DNA of 52,244 bases from NCBI GenBank assembly GCA_016934535.1, contig JAFGSQ010000054.1:1-52244 (forward strand), given 5' to 3'. Position numbers and translations under genes: made by a program. The notes below the pieces were generated by a model. It saw nothing but the letters and a program-made list of their open reading frames with translations, did not search any database and had not been told where the DNA came from. Positions 33,840-42,764 of this stretch are shown here, in pieces (position 1 is the first letter of the stretch; every line of letters begins with the position of its first letter). Origin of the DNA: a candidate division WOR-3 bacterium (GTDB lineage Bacteria; SDB-A).

Positions 33840-33999
33840 TGAAAAATCCAATTATAACATAATGTTTAAAAAAACATCATTGAAAAATCCAATTTAACAT
33901 AATGTTATAACAAAACAGCTATAATATGCGGAGCAAAGAGTTATGTTAAATTGAAAAATCCAAGAACTATTTAATAACGTTTATTACAGGATTTTTCAA
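33824..33999. repeat. Cluster of direct and inverted repeats built from XerD-arm-like and TTGAAAAATCC units
   Basis: TTATGTTAAATTGAAAAATCCAA at 33829-33851 and 33941-33963; inverted arms TTATAACATAA (33852-33862) and ATTTAACATAA (33892-33902); TTGAAAAATCC also at 33880-33890 and inverted at 33989-33999. Confidence 0.85.
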
Positions 34000-34490
34000 T
34001 CGAACATTCCGGACAAACCGGCGGAACAAAGCGTAAGGAAAAATGATCCGTATATTGAAGCGTACACGCAAATTACAGAAGACCAAAGAGCCATAAATAT
34101 CGATCCAATAATTATACCGGCAAGAGCAAATTCGTCGCCTTTCTGAGGTGTTTCAGAATTTTTCAGTTGTTTTCTCGCAATAATTCCCGTGACGATAGCA
34201 GGTATTGCAGCCAACAGGTGAAGAAAAATGGAACCTATGGCAAGGGAAAAACTGACAATGGCGAGGTCGTTGTATTTTATTTTTTTTGGAGGTTCTGCAA
34301 TATTATTTTCGGGAACAGGATTTTCTACCGTTTTCTGAACAGGATATTTTTTTTCGTAGCATTCCTTGCAGTAAACTTTTGATTCAGCCTCTTCCCTGCA
34401 CAAATGACAGATTTTTTTCCCGCAGGAACTGCATTGATCGCACGCAATAATTTCAGGATGAAAATAACAATTCATACATAGAATATACAA
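33996..34490 (-). CDS. B-box-like zinc finger plus DUF4190 membrane protein
   Basis: CYFHP...CSSCGKKIC..C...YCKEC, then LAIVSFSL...PAIVTGIIARKQ...G..FALAGIIIG. Confidence 0.8.
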   Translation of the reverse strand: MYILCMNCYFHPEIIACDQCSSCGKKICHLCREEAESKVYCKECYEKKYPVQKTVENPVPENNIAEPPKKIKYNDLAIVSFSLAIGSIFLHLLAAIPAIVTGIIARKQLKNSETPQKGDEFALAGIIIGSIFMALWSSVICVYASIYGSFFLTLCSAGLSGMFD

Positions 34491-34525
34491 AAAAAAACGT
34501 CAAAAATAAACACATTTCTATATCC

Positions 34526-34554
34526 TTGACAGGGGTCAATCAGTGTATTAAATT
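34526..34554 (+). promoter_or_regulatory. Sigma70-like promoter with an overlapping TTGAC-N4-GTCAA palindrome
   Basis: TTGACA (34526-34531), 17 bp, TAAATT (34549-34554); AGGAGG RBS before 34583. Confidence 0.5.
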
Positions 34555-34582
34555 GATTCCCAATAATGATCAGGAGGACTAA

Positions 34583-35230
34583 ATGGAAAAAAAGATGAAT
34601 TTTCAAAATGCAATGGACAAAGTAAAAACCGGATGGTCGTGGTTTCAAAAAGACATAATGATGTACGGACTGACCGTTCTCGTCGGAGCCCTGGTGTCTT
34701 CGATAACAATCGGAATATTGGCAGGACCGATAATGCTCGGGATATTGAAAGCGGCACGCAAGCAGGAAAAAGGAGAAAAAGTTGAAATCAGCGACGCTTT
34801 TTCAATGATGTCAAAATTCATGCCGTCATTTCTTCTCACTATTGTATCAGGAGCGGCTTATGTAGTAATAATGATTCTTTACGGCCTTTTTATATTCATT
34901 CTCGGTGCTATAAAACTGGGTTTTTGCATCTGTATAATCCATCCCTTTTTCATAACTGTTTTCTTAGCCGCGCTGATTGTAGGCCAGGTATTTCTTATCC
35001 TGGGATTCATGCTCATTCTTTACGAGGACAAGAGTTTTTCTGAAGCCATCAAGGGTTCCATAGGATTCATTAAGACGAACATACCTAAATCTCTCGAGAT
35101 ACTAATCGCTCTTTTTATTTGCAGTCTTTTCGGAATCGTACCCATTGTCGGCGGAATAGCTGCTTACGGTATGATGGCTTTCGTCGCCAACCAGTATTAC
35201 GACGAACTCAAAGAAGCTCAGGCTTTTTAA
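34583..35230 (+). CDS. Hypothetical multi-pass membrane protein
   Basis: Strong AGGAGG RBS, 4-5 TM segments and GILAGP..LG...A motif. Confidence 0.75.
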   Translation: MEKKMNFQNAMDKVKTGWSWFQKDIMMYGLTVLVGALVSSITIGILAGPIMLGILKAARKQEKGEKVEISDAFSMMSKFMPSFLLTIVSGAAYVVIMILYGLFIFILGAIKLGFCICIIHPFFITVFLAALIVGQVFLILGFMLILYEDKSFSEAIKGSIGFIKTNIPKSLEILIALFICSLFGIVPIVGGIAAYGMMAFVANQYYDELKEAQAF

Positions 35231-35251
35231 GCGACAATATATTCAACGGTA

Positions 35252-35288
35252 AATAAAGAAGAGGGAAATCTTGTCCCTCTTCTTTATT
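35252..35288. terminator. Bidirectional intrinsic terminator
   Basis: Perfect 15-bp stem AATAAAGAAGAGGGA-aatcttg-TCCCTCTTCTTTATT between convergent genes. Confidence 0.85.
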
Positions 35289-35315
35289 GTTTTTATTGGC
35301 GTCCAATCAGTTAAT

Positions 35316-36602
35316 TTAAGGTTTTATCCTGTCCATCATCCTCGGGAAAGCGACGGATTCTCTGACGTGCTGTAACCCGCATATCCATGAAACCGTTCTC
35401 TCGAGACCCAGACCGAAGCCGCCGTGAGGCACCGAACCGTATCTTCTCAGATCGAGATACCATTCAAAATCATCTTTTGGCAGGTTGTGTTCCTTTATTC
35501 TGTCTTCTAAAATTTCGATTCTTTCCTCCCTCACTCCCCCACCCACTATCTCTCCGTAGCCTTCGGGCGCTATCACGTCGACTCCCATTGCGAGTTTCGG
35601 GTTTTCAGGATCAGTCTTCATGTAAAAAGCCTTGATTTGCGCAGGAAACCGGTGCACGCATATCGGAGAATCGGAGTTTTTAGACAACTCGGTTTCTTCG
35701 GGAGCTCCGTAATCGGCGCCCCATTCGATCGCGAAACCTTTGTTCTTGAGCATTTCAACGCTTTTGTCGTACGAGAGCCTCGGGAACGGCGCTTTGACTG
35801 ATTCGAGAGGCTTGACGTCCCTTTCCAGTATTTCGAGGTCGTGTCTGTGATCTTCCAGTATTCTTTCAAGTATGTGAAGAATGAGATTTTGAGCGTTTTC
35901 CATAATAGATTCGATGTCGGCAAAAATCCATTCCGGTTCTACCTGCCAGAACTCGGTCAGATGCCTTCTCGTCTTTGATTTTTCGGCTCTGAAAACCGGT
36001 CCGAAACAGTAAACTTTTTCAAGAGCGAGAGCGTTGGCTTCGTTGTACAACTGTCCGCTCTGGGAGAGAAAAACGTCTGTGTCGAAATACTCGACTTTGA
36101 AAAGAGTCGTCGTTCCTTCACAGGCGGAGGGTGTGAAAATCGGAGTGTCGACGCAGAAAAAATCTTCTTTTCTGAAATAATCCCTTATGGCGTGGATGAT
36201 TCCCGATCTTATTCTCATGACGGCGGACTGTTTGGGAGAACGTATCCAAAGATGGCGCATCGAAAGCAGAAAATCCGGACCGCTCGGCTTTCTCGGTATC
36301 GGATATTCACCTGAGGGCTCAGATATTATCTCAATATTTTTCAGGGCGACTTCATAGCCGAATTTGGCTTTTTCCTGTTTTAGCACTTTGCCTTCCGCCC
36401 TGAAAGCGGTTTCTATGGCGAGATGCCCGCATTTATCGAATGTTTCATCGCTGACTTCGCCCTTGACGACTGTCAGCTGACAAAAACCGGAACCGTCTCT
36501 GACCTGAAGGAAATGTATAGGTCCGGAGCTTCTCTTGCCCGTCAGCCAGCAGAAAAAAATTACGTCTTTTCCTTCGTAAACGGAAATATCTGAAATCCGC
36601 AT
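35316..36602 (-). CDS. asnS: Asparagine--tRNA ligase
   Basis: N-terminal OB fold, RHLWIRS, CEGTTTLF, LSQSGQLY, FRAEKSKTRRHLTEF, EIVGG..RE and YGSVPHGGFGLGLER (class IIb). Confidence 0.93.
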   Translation of the reverse strand: MRISDISVYEGKDVIFFCWLTGKRSSGPIHFLQVRDGSGFCQLTVVKGEVSDETFDKCGHLAIETAFRAEGKVLKQEKAKFGYEVALKNIEIISEPSGEYPIPRKPSGPDFLLSMRHLWIRSPKQSAVMRIRSGIIHAIRDYFRKEDFFCVDTPIFTPSACEGTTTLFKVEYFDTDVFLSQSGQLYNEANALALEKVYCFGPVFRAEKSKTRRHLTEFWQVEPEWIFADIESIMENAQNLILHILERILEDHRHDLEILERDVKPLESVKAPFPRLSYDKSVEMLKNKGFAIEWGADYGAPEETELSKNSDSPICVHRFPAQIKAFYMKTDPENPKLAMGVDVIAPEGYGEIVGGGVREERIEILEDRIKEHNLPKDDFEWYLDLRRYGSVPHGGFGLGLERTVSWICGLQHVRESVAFPRMMDRIKP

Positions 36603-36623
36603 AAAAACCTCCGAAAATATGTT

Positions 36624-37772
36624 TTAGGACAGATACCGGGGCACAGTGATTTCGCCCCTCGGAATATGATACATAAAGAGTTTTTCTTCTTCAACCTTTT
36701 CGTAAAGTTTTTCTACGTACGGAATTTTTTCTATGAACACTTTCTTCATGACGGATTCGTCAGCTTCTGTAACGGCCCAAATTTTGTGATCCAGGGCTAT
36801 TCTTGCCATGTGGTATGATTTATGATACCCGAATTTGTAACCTTTTTTTAAAAATGCGAGTACATCGAGCGGGTCAGTAAATCCTGAAAGCAGATCGTAA
36901 AATCCCCTGTCGCCTATTCCGTCGGAACAATGAGCCGAAAAACAAAGTATGCCGTTTTTTTTGAGTGCGCAGGAAGCGTGAATTATCGCTTTTTGAGCCT
37001 GATATAGAGTCCGGGAGTAAGGTTCGCCGACTTCGACAAAAACAGCATCTGCCAGGCGTTTGATCGGAACGGCGAAAATTGATGAAGAAAGTGAAGCCGC
37101 TTCGTAAAATGAAGTTCTTATGTCGCCTGTGAAAACATCGGCAATCTGATTTTCAGTGCCGACGATTTGGGCTGAATAAATCGGAAAATCAAAGAAGTCC
37201 AGAACCTGATCCATTTCCGCGTGGACAGGATTTCCTTCGAGTTTCAATGGCATGGCACCGGACTCAAGGGCGAGTGAATGATTTTTTTCAATGGTGCCGA
37301 AAGACGCCAATCCCGGGAGGAACGATTTTCTTCCTCCGGTGAAACCCGCAAAATAATGCGGTTCAACAGAGTTTACAGCGAGAACTGCGCCGAATTGAGT
37401 AAGGGCTTTGTTGAAATAAAGCTCGTTGCCGAAAGATGAAACACCGAAATATTCGACTTGCGAAGGATCTCTCGATTCGTGAAACAAAATTTTTCCGGGT
37501 TTGAATGAGCCCAATATTTTGGCGAGTTGTTCTTTTGAAGGGTCTTTGTGAGTGCCTGACGCGATTATGACTGTGGACTTTTTTTCAAAATCAGCGTCTG
37601 AACCCAGCAATTCGAGGACAGCGGCTGTGGGAGTTGTCCTCTCGTGGTCGTTGACTATTATCAAAATCCTCGAGTAAGAGTCGAGTTCGTCGCGAAGAAG
37701 ATCAAGTTTATCCTTCCATCCTCCGTTTACTTTCGTATTGTCTTCGGAGGGTTTGAGCGTTTCCAAAAGCAT
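36624..37772 (-). CDS. LarA-family (nickel-pincer dependent) racemase/epimerase
   Basis: NDHERTTPT, ASGTH, EPHYFAGFTGGRKSFLPG, NH, GNPVH and LYQAQKA. Confidence 0.87.
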   Translation of the reverse strand: MLLETLKPSEDNTKVNGGWKDKLDLLRDELDSYSRILIIVNDHERTTPTAAVLELLGSDADFEKKSTVIIASGTHKDPSKEQLAKILGSFKPGKILFHESRDPSQVEYFGVSSFGNELYFNKALTQFGAVLAVNSVEPHYFAGFTGGRKSFLPGLASFGTIEKNHSLALESGAMPLKLEGNPVHAEMDQVLDFFDFPIYSAQIVGTENQIADVFTGDIRTSFYEAASLSSSIFAVPIKRLADAVFVEVGEPYSRTLYQAQKAIIHASCALKKNGILCFSAHCSDGIGDRGFYDLLSGFTDPLDVLAFLKKGYKFGYHKSYHMARIALDHKIWAVTEADESVMKKVFIEKIPYVEKLYEKVEEEKLFMYHIPRGEITVPRYLS

Positions 37773-37774
37773 TT

Positions 37775-38761
37775 TTATCTCACGGCGCTGATAATGTTGC
37801 CGCAGGGGGTTTTTTCGAGCAGACCGCGAATTTCCAGATCTGAAATTATGGTCAAAGCTTTTTGCGCTGAAAGTCCGGATTTTTCAACGAGAAGAGGCAA
37901 AGATATTTCTCTTTCAGCGCATCCTATCAAGTTGTTTTCTTCTTCGGTCAGATTTTCATTTAAGCTGGAATTTTCAGTCGCTTCAATTCCCGCGGCGAGT
38001 TTGAATTCTTCAGTATTTTTAAAATATCTGCATCCGCATTCAATCAGAGCGTCAGAGAATTCAGATTGAGGTTTTTCGGCGCCGGATTTCCAAACCAGAA
38101 TTTCTTTGCCTGAATCTGCGGAGTATTCGATGAGGCTTTTTGTTCCGCTTTTCAAAGTGCCTTCGATGAAGACAACGAGATCCGACACCGATGCTATGAA
38201 AGTATTCGCGAGGGCAAAATCTGAAGCAAAAATCCTGCGGTTTTTCATCGGCGGTAAAAGCCACACTATGGTTCCTTTCGAGGACACAATCTTATCGGTC
38301 AGATCGCTGTGGTATGGAGGATATATCGTTCCTAAAGGTGAAGGAAGAACCGCAATCCCGCCGCCGTAATTTACTGCCACGTCATTTTGAACGCAGGATG
38401 AAATTCCCGTCGAAAGGTCGGAAATAATTCTGTAACCCGATGAAGCAAGCAGACGCGCTGTTTTCACTGCAGTCGTTACTCCCTCAGGCGTCGGTTTTCT
38501 TGTGCCGACTATCGCGGCGGTTCTGTCTTTTATATCGAGAGCTTTGCCGCGGTAGAAATATACTGGAAAATCGCTTAATCTTTTCGGCCCGTTTTCTTCG
38601 AATCCGGTCAGAACTATGCCTGATTCTGAAAAGTTTTTGAATTTTTCGGAGAGTTTATCGTTTCCCAGAGCTAGCCTGAAAGATTCGGCGTTGCACGCTT
38701 TCTTTGTTAACTTAGACCATTCATTTCTTGAATAATATCTGTCTAAATAACGGACGTCCAA
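37775..38761 (-). CDS. dprA: DNA-processing protein DprA/Smf-like (divergent)
   Basis: P..FYRG, AAIVGTRKPTPEG, IAVL...IYPP, IEG..KSG and a C-terminal winged helix (ISDLEIRGLL). Confidence 0.82.
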   Translation of the reverse strand: MDVRYLDRYYSRNEWSKLTKKACNAESFRLALGNDKLSEKFKNFSESGIVLTGFEENGPKRLSDFPVYFYRGKALDIKDRTAAIVGTRKPTPEGVTTAVKTARLLASSGYRIISDLSTGISSCVQNDVAVNYGGGIAVLPSPLGTIYPPYHSDLTDKIVSSKGTIVWLLPPMKNRRIFASDFALANTFIASVSDLVVFIEGTLKSGTKSLIEYSADSGKEILVWKSGAEKPQSEFSDALIECGCRYFKNTEEFKLAAGIEATENSSLNENLTEEENNLIGCAEREISLPLLVEKSGLSAQKALTIISDLEIRGLLEKTPCGNIISAVR

Positions 38762-39295
38762 TCAGGGAACCTCGATTTCAGATAAATATGAATTGATTTC
38801 TTCATAGAGGTCTTCGTGATTTTTAAGAAGCCATTTCATCAAATGATCGACAAAGGAAGGTTCGGAATGCTCAAGATATTCACGGGCGAATCTTTCAGGA
38901 TTCTTTCTTATGATTTTATCTATGGCCTTGGCGGCTTCTTCGGCCACTGTGCTGTTGTGCGAGTTTATGTTCTCGTAGATAAGCGTCACGCTTCTCGGCT
39001 CGCCGATAAGGCTGAGAGCGTAGCAAGCGCTGGATTTCAAATACCAGACTCCATCTTTCATCGAATCGAGGATCATCTGAACAGAATCCGGCCCTTTTTT
39101 TCCGAGCGCTTCCGCGGCGGCCAATCTGACGTTCCAACTCTCGTCTCCGAGCGCTTCGACGAGATTTTTGATTGAACTGACCGAGTCGCTTTCAGCGTAG
39201 AGTTTTACGTTGTCGATTCTTTCCCTGAGATTGTCAGATTTCAGATCTCCCGTCGCGATTAAAGGAGTTTCAATTATACTTTTTTCTTCAGGCAT
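38762..39295 (-). CDS. HEAT-repeat (PBS-lyase-like) protein
   Basis: LVEALGDESWNVRLAAAEALG and WYLKSSACYALSLIG; TAATG coupling with obgE. Confidence 0.85.
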   Translation of the reverse strand: MPEEKSIIETPLIATGDLKSDNLRERIDNVKLYAESDSVSSIKNLVEALGDESWNVRLAAAEALGKKGPDSVQMILDSMKDGVWYLKSSACYALSLIGEPRSVTLIYENINSHNSTVAEEAAKAIDKIIRKNPERFAREYLEHSEPSFVDHLMKWLLKNHEDLYEEINSYLSEIEVP

Positions 39296-40281
39296 TACCG
39301 ACCTCCTAAGCCCGTGATTTCTTTGTATATCATTATTATTCTTTCAAGCAGTAAATCTATGTTTTCTCTCGTCAGAGCCGAAACATAAATCGTTTCGTGT
39401 TTTATTTCAAGCTGGGGTATTTTTTTCAACAGATCGATTTTGTTGACGACAATAAGTTTGTTTTTTTCGTACAGACCGGCGTCATAGTTTTTTACTTCAT
39501 CAGAAAGGACGAAAAAATCTCCGGCCGGGTTTTTGCTCGTTCCGTCCAGAACGAAAAGCAGAATTCTCGTTCTGGAGATGTGTCTCAGAAATTCAAGCCC
39601 GAGACCTTTGCCAAGATGCGCGTCTTTTACTATTCCCGGTATGTCTGCAAAACTGATCCTGAAGCCGCCGAGGTCTTCGTAAACGCCTAGATTGGGTATT
39701 AACGTCGTGAAAGGATAGTTTGCTATCTTGGGTTTGGCGCTCGAAATAGCCGAAAGCAGAGTGGATTTTCCGGCGTTGGGAAATCCTATAAAACCGACGT
39801 CGGCTATGAGATTCAATTCGAGGGAAATTTTCAATGAAGATCCTTCTCTCCCTTTTGTGAATTCGAACGGGACCTGATTCGTCGAAGATTTGAAATTCGT
39901 GTTGCCCGCGCCGCCTTTACCGCCTTTTAAGACTGTAATTTCGTCACCTGGATTGACTATGTCGCCGATGACTTCCTCTCCGGGCAGTTTCTTTATAAGG
40001 GTGCCGAGTGGAACGTTTATGTAGAGATTATTTCCGTCCGCGCCGTGCTGTTTTCGTTTTTTGCCGTCGCCGCCGTCTTCGGCCTTGAGCGACTTCTTGT
40101 ATTTGAAATCCCTCAAAGTGCTCATCTTGGTGTCAGCGGCGATTATTACGTTTCCGCCTCTTCCTCCGTCGCCTCCGTCGGGTCCGCCGCGAGGAGCGTA
40201 TTTTTCTCGCCTGAAACTGACGACACCGTCGCCTCCTTTTCCGCTTGAGATATCTATGACAGCTTTATCAATAAAATACAT
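39295..40281 (-). CDS. obgE: GTPase Obg
   Basis: FID...GKGGDG...FRREKY...GGPDGGDGG; GFPNAGKST, YPFTT, DIPG, NKID and SA. Confidence 0.97.
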   Translation of the reverse strand: MYFIDKAVIDISSGKGGDGVVSFRREKYAPRGGPDGGDGGRGGNVIIAADTKMSTLRDFKYKKSLKAEDGGDGKKRKQHGADGNNLYINVPLGTLIKKLPGEEVIGDIVNPGDEITVLKGGKGGAGNTNFKSSTNQVPFEFTKGREGSSLKISLELNLIADVGFIGFPNAGKSTLLSAISSAKPKIANYPFTTLIPNLGVYEDLGGFRISFADIPGIVKDAHLGKGLGLEFLRHISRTRILLFVLDGTSKNPAGDFFVLSDEVKNYDAGLYEKNKLIVVNKIDLLKKIPQLEIKHETIYVSALTRENIDLLLERIIMIYKEITGLGGR

Positions 40282-40290
40282 TTTTGACGT

Positions 40291-41490
40291 TCAGTTTAAT
40301 TCCGCGAGGCCTTCTTTGAATCTTTCCAGGCCTTTACGGATGTCCTCTTCGGAAGCCGCGTAGGAAATTCTGACAGCTCCGTCGTCTCCGAACGCCTGTC
40401 CGGGAACGAGAGCGACATGCTTTTCTTTGAGAAGATACGTCGTCATATCATCGCTTGTGGCAATGGTTTTTCCGGCGTGTTTTTTACCCATGTAGTCGGA
40501 TACGTCTATCCACGCGAAAAAAGCTCCTTCCAGAGGCGCGGTGCGTATGGAAGGAACTTCCGAAATCATGTTTTTGAGGAGATCTCTTCTTTTTTCGTAG
40601 GCGTTTTTCATCTCATTCACACAGCTGAAACCGGCGTTCAAAGCTGAGAGAGCGGCCATTTGAGAAACTGAGGAAGCACAGGAAATAGTGTGGGAAGCTA
40701 TTTTCGATGAAGCTTCGGTTATGAACTGATCGGCTAACAGCCAGCCTAATCTCCATCCGGTCATGGCGAATGTTTTGGAAACTCCATTTACTATTATTGT
40801 CTTTTTCGCCGCTTCTGGCGAGACATTGGCAAAAGAATGATGCTTTTTGCCGTCAAAGACAATGTGATCGTATATTTCGTCCGAAACAACAAACATCCTG
40901 TCGTGTTTTTCAATAACTTTCCACAGGGATTTCAGGAGATCCAGTGAATAGACGTTGCCGACGGGATTTGACGGAGTGTTTATGAAAATCACCTTGGTTT
41001 TTTCCGTTATTTTTTCAGAGAGAATTTTGGGATCCAGCAGGTATCCCGTTTTCTTTGTGTCTATGTAAACCGGTTTCGCTCCGGTCAGTTCGACGAGATA
41101 AGGATAACTGACCCAGTAAGGCGAAGGTATTATGACTTCGTCTCCCGGATCGCAAAGAGCCATCAGGGCGTTGAAAATCGCGTTTTTACAGCCTGCACAG
41201 ACGGCGACATTTTCAAAAGTGTATTTCGTTGAAATAAATTCGTTGGTTTTATCGGCGACAGCTTCTCTCAATTCTTTGATTCCTGAAGACGGAAGATAGC
41301 GCGTATAACCGTTTTCAACGGCTTCGACGGCCGCTTTTCTGACGTGTTCAGGAGTGTCAAAATCAGGTTCTCCGGCTGTCAGGTTGACAACGTCCACTCC
41401 TGATTTTTTAAGTTCTTTTACCATAGAAGAAAGTCTGATGGTCTCTGAAGGTTTTATAAGGCCTGATCTGCTGGACAGGATATTTTTCAT
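40291..41490 (-). CDS. PLP-dependent aminotransferase class I/II (aspartate aminotransferase-like)
   Basis: GEPDFDTP, PYWVSY, NTPSNPVG, SDEIY and SKTFAMTGWRLG. The start is ATG 41490 after an AGGAGA RBS. Confidence 0.95.
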   Translation of the reverse strand: MKNILSSRSGLIKPSETIRLSSMVKELKKSGVDVVNLTAGEPDFDTPEHVRKAAVEAVENGYTRYLPSSGIKELREAVADKTNEFISTKYTFENVAVCAGCKNAIFNALMALCDPGDEVIIPSPYWVSYPYLVELTGAKPVYIDTKKTGYLLDPKILSEKITEKTKVIFINTPSNPVGNVYSLDLLKSLWKVIEKHDRMFVVSDEIYDHIVFDGKKHHSFANVSPEAAKKTIIVNGVSKTFAMTGWRLGWLLADQFITEASSKIASHTISCASSVSQMAALSALNAGFSCVNEMKNAYEKRRDLLKNMISEVPSIRTAPLEGAFFAWIDVSDYMGKKHAGKTIATSDDMTTYLLKEKHVALVPGQAFGDDGAVRISYAASEEDIRKGLERFKEGLAELN

Positions 41491-41501
41491 TGTCTCTCCT
41501 T

Positions 41502-42005
41502 TTAATTTCTTCTTTTTGACGGAGCGAATTTTTCGTCCAATGCGTCTTTTACAATTTGAGGAACCCATCGGCTGACGTCGCCGCCGAAAGAAGCAATCTC
41601 CTTGACCATTGTCGAACTCAGATAGATCAATTCCTCCCTCGGCGTGAGGAAGATGGTTTCAATTTGCCCGTTCAATTTTCTATTCATCAATGCGAGAGAA
41701 AGTTCGTATTCAAAATCAGAAACAAATCTCAATCCTCTTATAACTATGTTTATGCCACTTTTCAAAATGTAATCAGCGAGGAGTCCGTCGTGGATCTCGA
41801 CAGTGACGCCTGCATTCTGGACGACTGAATTCTTTATGAATCTCATCCTGTTTTTCGCGCTGAATACGTATTTTTTGCCGGGATTGTCCGCGACCAGAAT
41901 TACGAGTTCTTCGAAAATTCCGGAGGCTCTGCGGACTATATCCAAATGGCCGTTGGTAACCGGATCGAAAGATCCCGGATAAATCGCCGTGTTTTTATTC
42001 TTCAT
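41502..42005 (-). CDS. coaD: Phosphopantetheine adenylyltransferase
   Basis: YPGSFDPVTNGHLDI, RGLR..SDFEYE and SSTMVKE. Confidence 0.97.
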   Translation of the reverse strand: MKNKNTAIYPGSFDPVTNGHLDIVRRASGIFEELVILVADNPGKKYVFSAKNRMRFIKNSVVQNAGVTVEIHDGLLADYILKSGINIVIRGLRFVSDFEYELSLALMNRKLNGQIETIFLTPREELIYLSSTMVKEIASFGGDVSRWVPQIVKDALDEKFAPSKRRN

Positions 42006-42534
42006 TTAAAACCTCAAAAAAATACAATGTTTTTCCTCCGTGAGAAATCAAGTCGAATAATCGGAAAATTCCTGCAAGATTGATTCTGTCATTCGAGTGC
42101 CATATCACGGTTCCTCCATTTTCAGACAAATTCAGAATTCTTTTTGCGAGATTTTCTGTATCTTTGAAAGCGTAGGGCGGATCAACAAATATAAGACTGA
42201 ATTTTGTGTTCCATTTTAGAGACATGACGTCCGCTTTGACAACTTTAACTTTCTCGACAATGCTCCATTTCCTGGCTCGTTCCAGAATATATCCTGCTCT
42301 GCGCGAGTCTTTTTCGACGAACAATACATCTTTGCATCCTCTCGAAAGCGCTTCAAAGCCGATTGATCCTGAACCTGAAAACAAATCGAGAGCCGAAAGA
42401 CCGAAAATAGAATCTGAAAGCTTGTCGAACATTCTCTTTCTCATATACGCCGTCATGGGTCTTACACCTTCGCCCACTCCCTCTACGATCCTGTTTTTTA
42501 AAGATCCTGCTACTATTCTTGTCCCTTTAGGCAT
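41995..42534 (-). CDS. rsmD: RsmD-family RNA methyltransferase
   Basis: RIVAG...RP, LDLFSGSGSIGFEALSRG and DPPY; adjacent to coaD. Confidence 0.92.
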   Translation of the reverse strand: MPKGTRIVAGSLKNRIVEGVGEGVRPMTAYMRKRMFDKLSDSIFGLSALDLFSGSGSIGFEALSRGCKDVLFVEKDSRRAGYILERARKWSIVEKVKVVKADVMSLKWNTKFSLIFVDPPYAFKDTENLAKRILNLSENGGTVIWHSNDRINLAGIFRLFDLISHGGKTLYFFEVLNEE

Positions 42535-42539
42535 GTTCC

Positions 42540-42764
42540 CTATCCGGGTTTGTTCTCCGACAGTTTGGAAGCGTTTTCTTTCATTTGTCTGGCGAGCCGC
42601 TTTACTTCTTCAAGAAGCTCTTCCCTGTCAATCACTTCTTTTTTCACCAATATGCTGACTAACGCTTCAATTGCGATGGCATTGTTGTAAGGGAGCCTTT
42701 CGGGCAGAGGTAATGTCCCGTCGTTTCTGCAGTTTTTGTGAAAAAGTTTTCTAATATAGCTCAT
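42540..42764 (-). CDS. Small hypothetical protein
   Basis: 74 aa with an ATGA overlap and GGGAGG RBS; helical EALVSILVKKEVIDREELLEEV. Confidence 0.7.
   Translation of the reverse strand: MSYIRKLFHKNCRNDGTLPLPERLPYNNAIAIEALVSILVKKEVIDREELLEEVKRLARQMKENASKLSENKPG

Noticed and set aside
33812-33999. Possible CRISPR array or IS terminal inverted repeats
   Set aside because: The repeats are irregularly spaced and in both orientations, with no unique equal-length spacers and no cas or transposase gene nearby; the XerD-arm match explains them better.
41491-41568. Extended N-terminus of the aminotransferase (and similarly 45400-45471 for the M24-fold gene)
   Set aside because: These overlap the upstream genes; the internal ATGs have better RBS or coupling support.
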